This document shows, one piece after another, positions 1 to 10,187 of a stretch of 64,000 nt of DNA. Source of the stretch: Candidatus Zhuqueibacterota bacterium (GTDB lineage Bacteria > Zhuqueibacterota > Zhuqueibacteria > Thermofontimicrobiales > Thermofontimicrobiaceae); the NCBI GenBank assembly GCA_049322915.1, contig JBMOPW010000035.1, positions 171,629 through 235,628 on the forward strand. Reading direction: 5' to 3'. The position numbers and the translations under genes are program-made. Under the pieces are notes generated by a model, which was not told where the DNA came from, searched no databases, and saw nothing but the letters and a program-made list of their open reading frames with translations. How positions within the stretch are numbered: the stretch's first letter is position 1; every line of letters starts with the position of its first letter.

Positions 1-1
1 T

Positions 2-856
2 CCCAAATTGCCCTGCGTCGTTGGGTACGAAGTGTCCGGCATAGTAGAAAACGTCGGAGAGAGCGCGGACAAACGGCTGATTGGCAAGCCGGTGCTGGCC
101 TTGACCCGCTTCAACGGCTACTCCGACGTGGTCACCGCCCCGGAAATTCAGGTGGTCGTCAAACCGAATTCGCTTTCGTTCGAACAGGCTGCGGCCATTC
201 CGGTAAATTATCTCACGGCCTGGCAGTTGCTCGTCGCTATGGGCGGATTGAAGAAAGGTGAATCCATTCTCATTCACAATGCCGGCGGCGGCGTTGGCCT
301 GGCTGCGCTGGATATCGCCCGAAAAATTGGCGCCACTACCTTCGGCACTGCCAGTTCTCAAAAACACGACTTTCTGAAAAGTCGCGGACTGGATCATGCC
401 ATCGATTATCGGTCACAGGACTGGACCGAGGAACTCAAACGGCTCACGGACAGAAAAGGCGTCGAACTGATTATCGATCCCATCGGCGGTTCTCATTGGA
501 AAAAAAGCTACAAAGCGTTGCGGCATACCGGACGATTGGGGATATTCGGAATCTCGACGGTCTCCACCTCCTCGCGAAACGGCAAATTGCAGCTACTGAA
601 AATTGTGTTTCAGACATCCAAATTCCATCCGTTCCATTTTATGAACGCCAATCGCGGCGTGTTTGGCGTCAACATCGGTCATCTGTGGCACGAAGGTCCC
701 AAAGTGCGCGGCTGGCTCGATGAGATCATGGCCGGAGTGGATCAGAGCTGGATTCGTCCCCATGTCGATAAAACATTCCCACTGGAACAGGCCGGCGATG
801 CGCATATCTACATCGAGGAGCGCCGCAACATCGGAAAAGTAATTCTTGTGCCTTAA
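2..856 (+). CDS. Medium-chain dehydrogenase/reductase, VAT-1/quinone oxidoreductase-like (5'-truncated by window edge)
   Basis: GYEVSG, AAAIPVNYLTAW, NAGGGVGLA Rossmann motif, C-terminal RRNIGKVIL; frame is open to the window start. Confidence 0.85.
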   Translation, partial: PKLPCVVGYEVSGIVENVGESADKRLIGKPVLALTRFNGYSDVVTAPEIQVVVKPNSLSFEQAAAIPVNYLTAWQLLVAMGGLKKGESILIHNAGGGVGLAALDIARKIGATTFGTASSQKHDFLKSRGLDHAIDYRSQDWTEELKRLTDRKGVELIIDPIGGSHWKKSYKALRHTGRLGIFGISTVSTSSRNGKLQLLKIVFQTSKFHPFHFMNANRGVFGVNIGHLWHEGPKVRGWLDEIMAGVDQSWIRPHVDKTFPLEQAGDAHIYIEERRNIGKVILVP

Positions 857-1121
857 GCGACGACTAACTGAAATCTATCCATTACAATTTCTTTCAACAG
901 AAAACCAGACACGCTCGCGCCGTGATCTGGTCTTTTATATTTCCTCAGAAACCCATCGGAATCGCCGGGTTGCTTTGTGAAATCCGGCAACGGATAACGC
1001 ATTGCCCGACTGACCGCACAGCGCCGACCTTCCATTTCATCGACCTTTCCTGGTTGGCCGCCATTTTCAGATTTGGCAATCCGGCACCTTCTGCTGATTC
1101 CGTGCGCGGCAATAACTCATC

Positions 1122-1150
1122 TTGACTTTTCCGATTAAAATGTGTAAGTT
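1122..1150 (+). promoter_or_regulatory. Sigma70-type promoter
   Basis: TTGACT-N17-TAAGTT with TG extension, upstream of the CDS at 1195. Confidence 0.5.
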
Positions 1151-1194
1151 ACAGCGACATCCGGTTTGGGCAGCATCTCTGTTTTCCTGAATTC

Positions 1195-3477
1195 ATGAAT
1201 AAAATATTTCCACGGAGTTCACTCATGTCTAAACTCCTCCCTATCCTGGCATGGTACATTCTTTTATCGTTCGCCGCAGCTTCCGCCCGGACGACCCAAT
1301 CGAAAATTGACAGCCTTCACTCCGCAGCGGATTCTTTGATGCAGAAAGGGGATTTGGTTCAGGCCAGACATATTTTTGAATCCATCCTGAAACTCGACGA
1401 TAATGGGCTATCGGCTCGGGCCGCGCTGGGAAAAATTGCCTATCGCCTGGAAGAATGGGGAGAGGTCAAAGATCGCTTCGGTGAAATTCTCGACCGCGAT
1501 CCTCAAAATACCGAAGCGATGTACTATCGGGCGATCTCGTACCGCGAGAGCGGGAAGTTCAAAGTGCTGCTTCAACGCAAGCTGGATTGGGATAAATCCG
1601 ATCGTCTGTTCGCACTCGTCATTGAAAGGGACTCCCTGTATCACGATGTATTTCTTCAATACGCCCTGCTGCAACGATACCGCGAGCGTTATGAACAGGC
1701 GATTCTGCTCTGTCACAAACAGATGAAACTGACGCCGGCGCTCATTGAACCGCACGTGGAAATCTTTCGATTTTACCGCTACCTCATTCTGCATCGAAAT
1801 GGGAAGGAATCGCTCGCGTGGCTGGAATCGCAACAGCGCGACGAAGCTGCCTACGCCATCGGTGAGAAGTTGAGACGGGACGGAAAATTGGACCAGGCCG
1901 GGCAGCAACTCCTGTCACTGCTGAACCAGCCGCTGGTCATGCCGCGACAGCCCATTTACCTGGCATTGGCGCGGATTCATTACGAAAAGAAAGCAGCGAG
2001 CGAGGCTGAAAAATATTTCCGGACTGCCGTGGACGAAATCCGCGACAAGGTCGACGCCGCACTGGTTTTCGAAGATATCAAGTATATTTTGAAGGATGAA
2101 GAGCTGTCGGAGTATAAGTCGCTCACCACTCCGAATCACTACAGAGATTTCATCCGCAAGCTTTGGGTGAGCCGCGATCCCACGCCGGCGATGCCCACTA
2201 ACAATCGATTGGCGGAGCACTATCGCCGATTGCTCTATGCTGAAAAGTATTACACCTATGATGGGTTCCGAACCTGGTTCAATAATCCGGATAAACTGAG
2301 CTATCTCGCGTTCAATGCAGTTTATAAATTGAATGAGGAATACAACGACAAGGGCTTTATTTACATCCGGCATGGCACGCGCGACGATTGGGCAGCGACC
2401 CTCGGCGAGGACATCGCGCAGAACGAATCCTGGCTCTACTACCAGACGGAGACCACGCCGCGAATGACCTTTCACTTTTTCCTCGAAAACACGACGCAAT
2501 TCTGGCGTCTCGGCCCGGTCATCATCGATCCGATGATGCTGGAAGATCGTTTCACCTGGGGCAGCATCTATTCCCGCATGGCGCGCGCAGATCCGCTGGA
2601 ACGATTGGCGCTGGAAAATGAAATGGCCGAACAGAGCAAGCAGTCTGTCGCATCGGCGTTGGCCAGCGACAGGCATACATGGGAAGTGAAAATCGAGCCG
2701 CTAACCATCCCCTATTCCGGCGCTACGTTTCGGGGCGAGGATGGCAACACCTTGCTGGAGATTTACTACGGCGTTCCGCTCAACAAGTTGAATTTCAAAA
2801 ACCAGACGGATGACAATCAGATCAAACTGGAAACAGGTTTTTCGCTCCACGATGGCGACTGGAACGAAGTCAGCAAACGCGAGGATGCGCTCTTTGTGCC
2901 CGCCACAAAAACGATGACATTCATTGATGTTCAGCAGATTTCGGTGACGCCGGATTCCTATGCCGTCGCGTTCCATGTCCGGCAGCCGGAAACGAATATC
3001 CTGGGCGGGTGGAAATTTAAAATCCACGCCGACGACTACGCCACAGCCGGGCTGGCCATGAGCGAAATTGAACTCGCGCTGAATATTACGCCGGCCACGG
3101 TACCGACAAAGTTCTCGAAGCACGGGTTGAACGTCACGCCCAATCCTGCCAGTCGGTTTCCGACGGAGAAGCCGATGAATCTCTATTTTGAAATTTACGG
3201 ATTGACGGTGGTTGACCAGCGCAGCGAATTTTCCATTGAATACACGCTCACGCTGTTCAAAAACACCACGCGGAAATTTTTGGGGTTATTCGGTAGAGGC
3301 GGCAAATCGTTCATCACCACAAAAATGGATCGCGAAGGGAGCGGCGAAATGTCGGTCGAATACCTGGCTATCGATACTAACCTCATGGCGGCCGGTGAGT
3401 ATGAGTTGCAGGTGAAGGCGATCGATAAACGCACCGGAGAGTCAGTCGTTCGGTCAAAAAAAGTGACGCTGTTTTAA
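1195..3477 (+). CDS. Secreted TPR-repeat protein with GWxTD-like domain
   Basis: Signal peptide, N-terminal TPR-like helices, W..RDPTP..TNNRLAEHYRRL.YA...DKGFIYIRHG segment, beta-rich C-terminus. Confidence 0.75.
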   Translation: MNKIFPRSSLMSKLLPILAWYILLSFAAASARTTQSKIDSLHSAADSLMQKGDLVQARHIFESILKLDDNGLSARAALGKIAYRLEEWGEVKDRFGEILDRDPQNTEAMYYRAISYRESGKFKVLLQRKLDWDKSDRLFALVIERDSLYHDVFLQYALLQRYRERYEQAILLCHKQMKLTPALIEPHVEIFRFYRYLILHRNGKESLAWLESQQRDEAAYAIGEKLRRDGKLDQAGQQLLSLLNQPLVMPRQPIYLALARIHYEKKAASEAEKYFRTAVDEIRDKVDAALVFEDIKYILKDEELSEYKSLTTPNHYRDFIRKLWVSRDPTPAMPTNNRLAEHYRRLLYAEKYYTYDGFRTWFNNPDKLSYLAFNAVYKLNEEYNDKGFIYIRHGTRDDWAATLGEDIAQNESWLYYQTETTPRMTFHFFLENTTQFWRLGPVIIDPMMLEDRFTWGSIYSRMARADPLERLALENEMAEQSKQSVASALASDRHTWEVKIEPLTIPYSGATFRGEDGNTLLEIYYGVPLNKLNFKNQTDDNQIKLETGFSLHDGDWNEVSKREDALFVPATKTMTFIDVQQISVTPDSYAVAFHVRQPETNILGGWKFKIHADDYATAGLAMSEIELALNITPATVPTKFSKHGLNVTPNPASRFPTEKPMNLYFEIYGLTVVDQRSEFSIEYTLTLFKNTTRKFLGLFGRGGKSFITTKMDREGSGEMSVEYLAIDTNLMAAGEYELQVKAIDKRTGESVVRSKKVTLF

Positions 3478-3483
3478 ATCGAG

Positions 3484-3519
3484 AAAAGCCTCCCGATGAC
3501 AACTGAGCCATCGGGAGGC
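3484..3519. terminator. Intrinsic terminator between convergent genes
   Basis: GCCTCCCGATG(3488-3498)/CATCGGGAGGC(3509-3519) perfect 11-bp stem; AAAA flank gives a U-tract on the minus strand. Confidence 0.8.
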
Positions 3520-3535
3520 CTAATTTCTTCAATGA

Positions 3536-5020
3536 CTACTTCCCCAACTCCGCCTTCAGCTTGTCTGCCGTGGCCCGCGACTTCTGCGCCCAGTCATGGG
3601 AGAATTCCGTGAGTATTTTCGCGACCTCTTCCGGATGGTATGTGTAAACTTTCCGCGCTTTGATGTCACATTTGCTCTGCTCTTTGAATCCATTCTTTTC
3701 GAATTCATTCCATTTCTTCTGAACAGCCCGAATCGCCTGGCTATAGTTATCATCCACCATGTCTGTCAACGTCACGAACGACCAAAATGCATGCAGCTGT
3801 GTTTTGTCATGGATATTCGCCGGCGGATTGAAATGCTGGTCCAGCGCAGAACGATAGTCGCCAAAGGCATATCCTTCAGGCGTCTCGCTCATGCCAAGAT
3901 ACCACGGCACGAAGGCCTGCGTGTCCGGGCGATGCTGCGCCAGCCAGATCACCGCACCGACCTGCACCGGCATCCAACTGCGAAGCTGTGCCACGAAACC
4001 GTACTGGGTGAAGCTCGCGCATATCGTCGACGGATTCAAATCGTACGGAGAGCCCAGTGTGTAGCCATTGGTTTTGTCAAGTTCAGTGCCCACGCAATGA
4101 TCCCGCAGGACGCGCATTAAATCCTGAACTGTCAGCTTTTCCTTAGGCGCCAGTGAAAACGGAAACTCTGCATCAACCGGATAATCTGTCCCTGCTGCCA
4201 GATTCACACCGCGCCACATCCGGTAGACATTGCCGGGATTGATCAAATTCTCGGGACTGGAGTATGCGCGCGCAAAGTGGAAAGCGCCGTCAGTCTCCGG
4301 CCGATACCATTGCTGCGCGATGGCATAGTCGATGAGATCCGCAGCGCCCAGATAATTCATGGTGTCCGACAAATCCACGTGGCCGATGGTGTAATAATTG
4401 GGAAGCACGGCGACATGGTCGTCCGGCACGCGCCGGGCTACCCAGTGCGTCCCGTTCACCGCCGAAAGCATCCAGCCTTCGTTGGCATCGGCGATGACAT
4501 ACGTCCGACCGGACGATGCATAGCCATACCTTTTGATGAGCGCGCCTCCGATTTTCACCCCTTCCCGGGCCGTCCGCGCGCGCTCAGCGATTAACCTCCG
4601 CAGCCAGTACGCGATGCCGCCATCCTTCAGCATCGCATTCTTCTCCCGGGACGCGCAGGCATCCGATGCGATCACCACGCCCCACTCGTTGGCATAACTA
4701 TCGGAAAACTCCATGCCCGGCATTTCAAACCAGAGGTAGCTGTAGGTCACTTTCACCTGAGGGATGGCTGCCCCGGCGCCCAGGTTCACCACTTCGCCAT
4801 CGGCATGTTCGAGCCGCGGCACTCTATAATAATTGACCAATTGCACACCGCCATCATCTTCGTTATGGGCAAAAAGCACGCTTCCATCGGCAGAGGCCTT
4901 CTTGCCAACCAGGATCGAAAAACAGTTAAACTCATTTTCTCCCGTCGATTGGGCCCATGCCATTCCCGCGCTGATGAGATAAAAAACAAGTGCGATACGC
5001 GCCAGTCGATTCGATTTCAT
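3536..5020 (-). CDS. Peptidase C69 family (dipeptidase, Ntn-hydrolase)
   Basis: Signal peptide followed by CFSILVGKKASADGSVLFAHNED; NEWGV; ERARTAREGV. Confidence 0.9.
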   Translation of the reverse strand: MKSNRLARIALVFYLISAGMAWAQSTGENEFNCFSILVGKKASADGSVLFAHNEDDGGVQLVNYYRVPRLEHADGEVVNLGAGAAIPQVKVTYSYLWFEMPGMEFSDSYANEWGVVIASDACASREKNAMLKDGGIAYWLRRLIAERARTAREGVKIGGALIKRYGYASSGRTYVIADANEGWMLSAVNGTHWVARRVPDDHVAVLPNYYTIGHVDLSDTMNYLGAADLIDYAIAQQWYRPETDGAFHFARAYSSPENLINPGNVYRMWRGVNLAAGTDYPVDAEFPFSLAPKEKLTVQDLMRVLRDHCVGTELDKTNGYTLGSPYDLNPSTICASFTQYGFVAQLRSWMPVQVGAVIWLAQHRPDTQAFVPWYLGMSETPEGYAFGDYRSALDQHFNPPANIHDKTQLHAFWSFVTLTDMVDDNYSQAIRAVQKKWNEFEKNGFKEQSKCDIKARKVYTYHPEEVAKILTEFSHDWAQKSRATADKLKAELGK

Positions 5021-5072
5021 TCGGTTTTCCTTTCAATTTGTTTTTGAACGGACTCGCTGCTACGATGTGCTT

Positions 5073-5101
5073 ACTTTACTAAAATTAAATGAAAAGGTCA
5101 A
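5073..5101 (-). promoter_or_regulatory. Sigma70-type promoter for the C69 gene
   Basis: Minus strand TTGACC-N17-TAAAGT. Confidence 0.5.
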
Positions 5102-5204
5102 TTGATTTTTTCATTTTGCAGCCTTCCCCCGGGTTTCCACGGCACATCGCCCGCTTTGCCCCATCGACTTGCCCGCGATGGAACCAACAAATATGCCCAG
5201 ACTA

Positions 5205-5238
5205 AAAATCCCGAACCAGCCGCCTGATTCGGGATTTT
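5205..5238 (-). terminator. Intrinsic terminator after pfk
   Basis: AAAATCCCGAA ... TTCGGGATTTT inverted repeat just past the stop codon. Confidence 0.75.
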
Positions 5239-5265
5239 GAAATTCAACTCGATGTGAAACGCGGA

Positions 5266-6468
5266 TTAATCGCTGGCCATGATGAACAAGGGCTTGGATT
5301 CAAAGCTCTTGTAATATGGGCGCAGCCGATCGGTGCTGTAGTATTTCTCCACGTCCACGACTTTTTTATAGCTGGTCACCACTTCGATGGGCGCGTTATC
5401 ATAACGACCATTGTTCAAAATGGTGAGTCGGCCGGAGACACCTTCCATAATTAAATCCAGCGCCAAATTGCCATAGGCCATGGGGACGATGGAATCAATC
5501 GCGTCCGGATCGCCGCAGCGGACCAGATAGCCCAACCGCTGGTTGATCACGTTGATGCGCGTGCCTTTGTTGAATTTAGCAGTCAGATCTTTCAATTGGT
5601 CCGAAATCAAGTCGCCGATGCCGCCCAATTTTTTGTGCCCATACGCGTCAGTTTCCTGACCCTGAAATACCATGTCGCCGCCTTCGAACATGGCGCCTTC
5701 GGATACCAGCACCACAGAATAATGGCTGGGATTGGTGAAGCGGTCTTCGACCAGCAACTCTGTCAATCGTTCCATGCTGAATTTGAATTCCGGGATGACG
5801 CAACGATTCGCCGCGCCGGCCATCGTCGGCAGCAAAGCTGTGAACCCGGCGTAACGGCCAAAGACTTCAATGACCAGAATTCGCTCGTGAGAACCAGCCG
5901 AAGTTCTGAGACTGTGGGTCATCTCGATTGTCCGCGTCACGCACGTGCTGAAGCCGATGCAGTAATCGGTGCCGGCTACGTCATTGTCCATCGTCTTGGG
6001 AATGGCGATCACTTTCACGCCTTCCTTATGGAGCCTCGCGCCGTAGCTCAACGTATCGTCGCCGCCAATGGGAATGAGATAATCAATGCCCAGGAAGCCC
6101 AGATTTTTCAACACTTCCGGGGTTAAATCATTGGTATCATTGTTGTATTTGCTGCGCAGGAATTCCGGGACCCGCGATTTGGGCACCGCGCTCGGCCGCG
6201 TTCTGGATGTGTGCAAAAAAGTCCCGCCGGTTCGGCCAACTTTGTTGACGATTTCCTCGGTCAGGTGAATGAAATTCTCTTTATTATCAGCGTCTTTTTC
6301 AGGGACGATTTCAACCATGCCTGCCCAACCACGACGGATACCAATGACCTCATACCCTTCGCGAATGGCGCGAATGGTGACAGCACGGATGGCTGGGTTC
6401 AACCCGGGAACATCACCACCGCCGGTTAATATGGCAATTCTTCCTTTTTTCACATTGATGTTAGCCAT
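5266..6468 (-). CDS. pfkA: 6-phosphofructokinase (PfkA family), probably PPi-dependent
   Basis: TGGGDVPGLN, GGTFLHTSR, GGDDT, PKTMDND, EVFGR, LGYLVR motifs. Confidence 0.9.
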   Translation of the reverse strand: MANINVKKGRIAILTGGGDVPGLNPAIRAVTIRAIREGYEVIGIRRGWAGMVEIVPEKDADNKENFIHLTEEIVNKVGRTGGTFLHTSRTRPSAVPKSRVPEFLRSKYNNDTNDLTPEVLKNLGFLGIDYLIPIGGDDTLSYGARLHKEGVKVIAIPKTMDNDVAGTDYCIGFSTCVTRTIEMTHSLRTSAGSHERILVIEVFGRYAGFTALLPTMAGAANRCVIPEFKFSMERLTELLVEDRFTNPSHYSVVLVSEGAMFEGGDMVFQGQETDAYGHKKLGGIGDLISDQLKDLTAKFNKGTRINVINQRLGYLVRCGDPDAIDSIVPMAYGNLALDLIMEGVSGRLTILNNGRYDNAPIEVVTSYKKVVDVEKYYSTDRLRPYYKSFESKPLFIMASD

Positions 6469-6599
6469 GTTGATTACTCCATTTAAATGATTCGTTGTTT
6501 ATTTCGGTATCGAAAACGGTTAAATTTCCCTTCCTGGTTCGCACAGCCTCTGGGCTGTCTTTCACGCCCGGGGGTATGAGAATAATTTTTTAAAGCGCA

Positions 6600-6628
6600 A
6601 ATATAACTTATTTAAAAGATATAGTCAA
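6600..6628 (-). promoter_or_regulatory. Sigma70-type promoter for pfk
   Basis: Minus strand TTGACT-N17-TATATT. Confidence 0.6.
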
Positions 6629-6833
6629 TATTTTTTTCCACTTTCCCATCCTAAATTCTAAATGTTACTTAAAATTATCATTCACTCGACACGCCTGCAT
6701 TTCATCCCAATTATTGCTGCGCGTTAAAACGGAAGCGCGGTCACACAGCAGGATATTCGGCCATTCATACTATGTCCGGCAACAATCGGCCCCCGGCTCC
6801 CCAGATTTTTTTAAATTACAAAAATGAATACTC

Positions 6834-6862
6834 TTGATTTTTCAGGGTTATATATGTATATT
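6834..6862 (+). promoter_or_regulatory. Sigma70-type promoter for the S41 protease
   Basis: TTGATT-N17-TATATT. Confidence 0.55.
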
Positions 6863-6923
6863 GTCCATCAGTTGACGGATGTAATCGCCTGTACTAAAAC
6901 CGACTTTCAGAAAGGAGCTTCGC

Positions 6924-9900
6924 ATGAGGCGTGGTTTGTTGATTCTGTTCATTATTGTTTCTACTCTCTCCTGTTTCTCCCTGCTTTTTGCCAATGAAAA
7001 ACTGATCGGCGCCCGATTTCCGGCAATCTCCCCGGAGGGCGACGTCATCGCCTTTTCCTACATGGGCGATTTATGGACGGTCCCGGTCACCGGCGGCAAA
7101 GCCACCCAAATCACCAACCATTCAGCCTACGAACGGGAACCCATCTGGTCCCCGGATGGAAAATGGATCGCGTTCACCTCGGATCGAATGGGGAATAATG
7201 ATGTTTATCTGATGAGCGCGGCTGGCGGCACAGCCAGGCAACTGACATTTCACAGCGGGAACGATGTGGCCACGGACTTCTCCCCGGACGGGAAATGGGT
7301 CATTTTCTCCTCGGATCGCACCTCGATGATCAGCATTTTCAAAATAAGCCTTGCCGGCGGGAATGCCCTCCCCATGCTGGACACCTATTGGAGCTGGCCC
7401 CACAAGGCGAAAATGCATCCGAATGGAAAGACAATTCTTTTCTCACTGGGCATGGAAAATGGTTCCTGGTGGCGACGCGGATATCGCGGCAGCAACAGCG
7501 CCAAAATCTGGAAGTTCATCCCGGGCACTCGTGACGCGCAATTGGTTGTGTCCGAAAAAAGTAATTGCTTCTGGCCAAATTGGGGGCCGGACGGCAAGAC
7601 CATCTATTTCGTCACTGATAAAAATCATAACACTAAAAATATCTGGACTGCTTCCGAGGCCGGCGCCGGGATGAAACCGGTGACTGAATTCAAGGGCAAC
7701 GATGTGAAATGGCTATCCGTGGCCAAAAAAGCCCCGGTCGCGGTCTATGAGCGGGACTTCAGCATCTGGCACACTGACCTGGTCACGGGCAAATCCCGCG
7801 TCATTCCCATAGACGCTCCGGCAGAGACCAAAGACAATGCCAGCTTCTTCGCTGAAAATGATGCGGTATCCGAATTCCAGCTTTCACCGGACGGGAAAAA
7901 AATTGCGGCCGTGGTTCGCGGCGATATTTTCGTGCTCGGCCATGAAGGCGGCTATGCCCGCAACGTGACCGAATCGCCCTGGCGGGAAAAAGATGTCATC
8001 TGGGACAAGGACAGCAAAAACCTCATTTATGTCTGCGATGCGAATGCCAATCCGGACTTGTACTCTATCTCCGCGCTGGGCGGGCGCAAGCCAACTCAGT
8101 TGACCCACAGCGACCTGGATGAACTCGCACCCAAACTTTCACCAGATGGCAATTGGATTGCCTATTATTGCGGCAAACGCCAAATTCGCCTCATTCAGCC
8201 GGATGGGAAAAAAGATCAACTGGTCCTCGAAGGTGATTTCGGCGGTCGCTTTGCTTCGGATTTCTCATGGTCGCCGGACAGCCGCTTTCTGGCCATCGTT
8301 GACCAGAGCCAGGCCAATGACGATATTCTGGCTGTCAATATCGAGACCAAAGAAAAACATCCGCTCACGAATACCGCTTACGACGAATCGTCTCCGGCCT
8401 GGTCGCCGAATGGCAAATTTCTGTTATTCACTTCCAATCGCTACGGCCACAGTTTTCCGGAATTCACCGGCAAATCGGACGTGTACCAGGTTTATTTCGA
8501 GCCGCAAAAACCGGAATTCGATGAAGACACGTTCGAGAAGCTCTTCGTGAAGAAAGCGGAAGAGAAAAAGGATGAAGCCGATAAAAAAGATGCAAAGAAG
8601 CCGGATGAAAAGAAGGAAGCGCTGAAGATCGTTTTCAAACTGGAAGACCTGGACATTCAGACAGAGAATGTCACGAACACGCTGGGCAACGATCACACCT
8701 TCATCCTTTCGCCCAAGGATACCAGCACTGTCTACTTCGTCTCCAATATCGACGGCAAAAACCATCTCTGGCAGACCAGTTTGAAGAAGAAGGAACGCGG
8801 AAAATTCGAACCGTTCATGGCCGGTGTGACCAATCCCGGTAATTTGCAATTCGACAAAAAAGGCGCACGGCTCTACTACCAAAGTCAGGGAAAAATCGGC
8901 TACATTGAGGGGACCCAAAATTCCAGCGTCTCGTTCACGACCAAAATCAAAGTCGACAAAACCGCGGACTACGAGCAAATGCTGGCCGAGTTGTATTACA
9001 CCCTGCAACATTATTATTACGATACCAATCACCACAACGTGAACTGGACGGAATTGTACGAACAGTTCCGGCCTGTGCTGCAACAGGTTCGCGAGGATGC
9101 AGATTTTTATGACTACGCCAATGAGATGATCGGATTTTTGAATTCCTCTCACACCGGCATCCGCGGGCCGGGTCGGGGCAAAATCGAGGAACCCAGCGCG
9201 CACATCGGTGCGGATTGGGATTTCGCTGAGGACAAAATCACTTTTCAACGCATTCTGAAAAACGGCCCGATCTACAGCCATCGGGATAGCGTGGCAGTCG
9301 GCGACGAACTGACTGCCATCAATGGCGAGCCCGTCTCGCCCGATAAAAATATCTGGCAGCGCTTGAACGGAAACAACGGCAAGCGCGTCAGGCTCACAGT
9401 GAATAGCCGGAAATTAGACAAAGCCATCGAGATTGCCATTGAACCGATTTCTGCCTGGGAAGAGCGGGACCTTCGCCAGGAGGAGTGGGTGAAAAGCCGG
9501 CAGGCGATTGTCAAACAGAAGACCAGCGATGAAGTCGCCTACATCCACATGAGCGCCATGGGCTACGGCGATCTAGAGCGGTTTTTGATGGAGTTGGAGC
9601 GAGATGCGGTTCCGCGAAAAGGCCTCATTTTGGATCTGCGCTACAATTTTGGCGGCAATGTCCACGACCGCGTCTTGCAGGCGCTCACCAAACCGGTGTA
9701 CGCCAAATGGCGGATTCGCGGTCTGTCGGAAACGCCCCAATCCACGTTTGGATTCGAACATCGGCCGGCCGTGCTACTCACCAATGAAGTGACGTTGAGC
9801 GATGGCGAAATGACCGCCAACGGTTTCAAAACATTGCAGCGAGGCCCCATCGTTGGCAACACAACATACGGCTGGTTGATTTTCACGACCAGCGCGGGAT

Positions 9901-10085
9901 TGATGAATGGCGGTTATTTCCGATTGCCCTTCTGGGGATGCTACACCCTGGATGGCGTTGATCTGGAGACTGGCGGCGGCGTCACGCCGGATATTCTGGT
10001 CATCAACGATCTGAAGGATGATCTCAACGACCGGGACCCGCAATTGGACCGGGCCATCGGGAAAATGATGGAACTGGTGAAATAG
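6924..10085 (+). CDS. Tricorn-like S41 protease (PD40/WD40-like propellers, PDZ, S41 catalytic domain)
   Basis: Many WSPDG/FSPDG repeats, YIHMSAM, LILDLRYNFGG, TLSDGE catalytic Ser, GVTPDI; RBS AAGGAG. Confidence 0.92.
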   Translation: MRRGLLILFIIVSTLSCFSLLFANEKLIGARFPAISPEGDVIAFSYMGDLWTVPVTGGKATQITNHSAYEREPIWSPDGKWIAFTSDRMGNNDVYLMSAAGGTARQLTFHSGNDVATDFSPDGKWVIFSSDRTSMISIFKISLAGGNALPMLDTYWSWPHKAKMHPNGKTILFSLGMENGSWWRRGYRGSNSAKIWKFIPGTRDAQLVVSEKSNCFWPNWGPDGKTIYFVTDKNHNTKNIWTASEAGAGMKPVTEFKGNDVKWLSVAKKAPVAVYERDFSIWHTDLVTGKSRVIPIDAPAETKDNASFFAENDAVSEFQLSPDGKKIAAVVRGDIFVLGHEGGYARNVTESPWREKDVIWDKDSKNLIYVCDANANPDLYSISALGGRKPTQLTHSDLDELAPKLSPDGNWIAYYCGKRQIRLIQPDGKKDQLVLEGDFGGRFASDFSWSPDSRFLAIVDQSQANDDILAVNIETKEKHPLTNTAYDESSPAWSPNGKFLLFTSNRYGHSFPEFTGKSDVYQVYFEPQKPEFDEDTFEKLFVKKAEEKKDEADKKDAKKPDEKKEALKIVFKLEDLDIQTENVTNTLGNDHTFILSPKDTSTVYFVSNIDGKNHLWQTSLKKKERGKFEPFMAGVTNPGNLQFDKKGARLYYQSQGKIGYIEGTQNSSVSFTTKIKVDKTADYEQMLAELYYTLQHYYYDTNHHNVNWTELYEQFRPVLQQVREDADFYDYANEMIGFLNSSHTGIRGPGRGKIEEPSAHIGADWDFAEDKITFQRILKNGPIYSHRDSVAVGDELTAINGEPVSPDKNIWQRLNGNNGKRVRLTVNSRKLDKAIEIAIEPISAWEERDLRQEEWVKSRQAIVKQKTSDEVAYIHMSAMGYGDLERFLMELERDAVPRKGLILDLRYNFGGNVHDRVLQALTKPVYAKWRIRGLSETPQSTFGFEHRPAVLLTNEVTLSDGEMTANGFKTLQRGPIVGNTTYGWLIFTTSAGLMNGGYFRLPFWGCYTLDGVDLETGGGVTPDILVINDLKDDLNDRDPQLDRAIGKMMELVK

Positions 10086-10106
10086 CTGATATTCGCTTCG
10101 ATTGCC

Positions 10107-10149
10107 GGCGCGGACAGTCCGGTTGACCGTCGCGCCTGTTCTCTTTTTC
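10107..10149 (+). terminator. Possible intrinsic terminator
   Basis: GGCGCG...CGCGCC GC-rich hairpin followed by a T-rich tract. Confidence 0.5.
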
Positions 10150-10187
10150 ATGCCGAAGCGACCACATTTCGAACTGAGGAGGGAAAT

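Noticed and set aside
8550..8625. Lys/Glu/Asp-rich purine tract in the S41 protease
   Set aside because: Ordinary low-complexity linker typical of tricorn-like proteases
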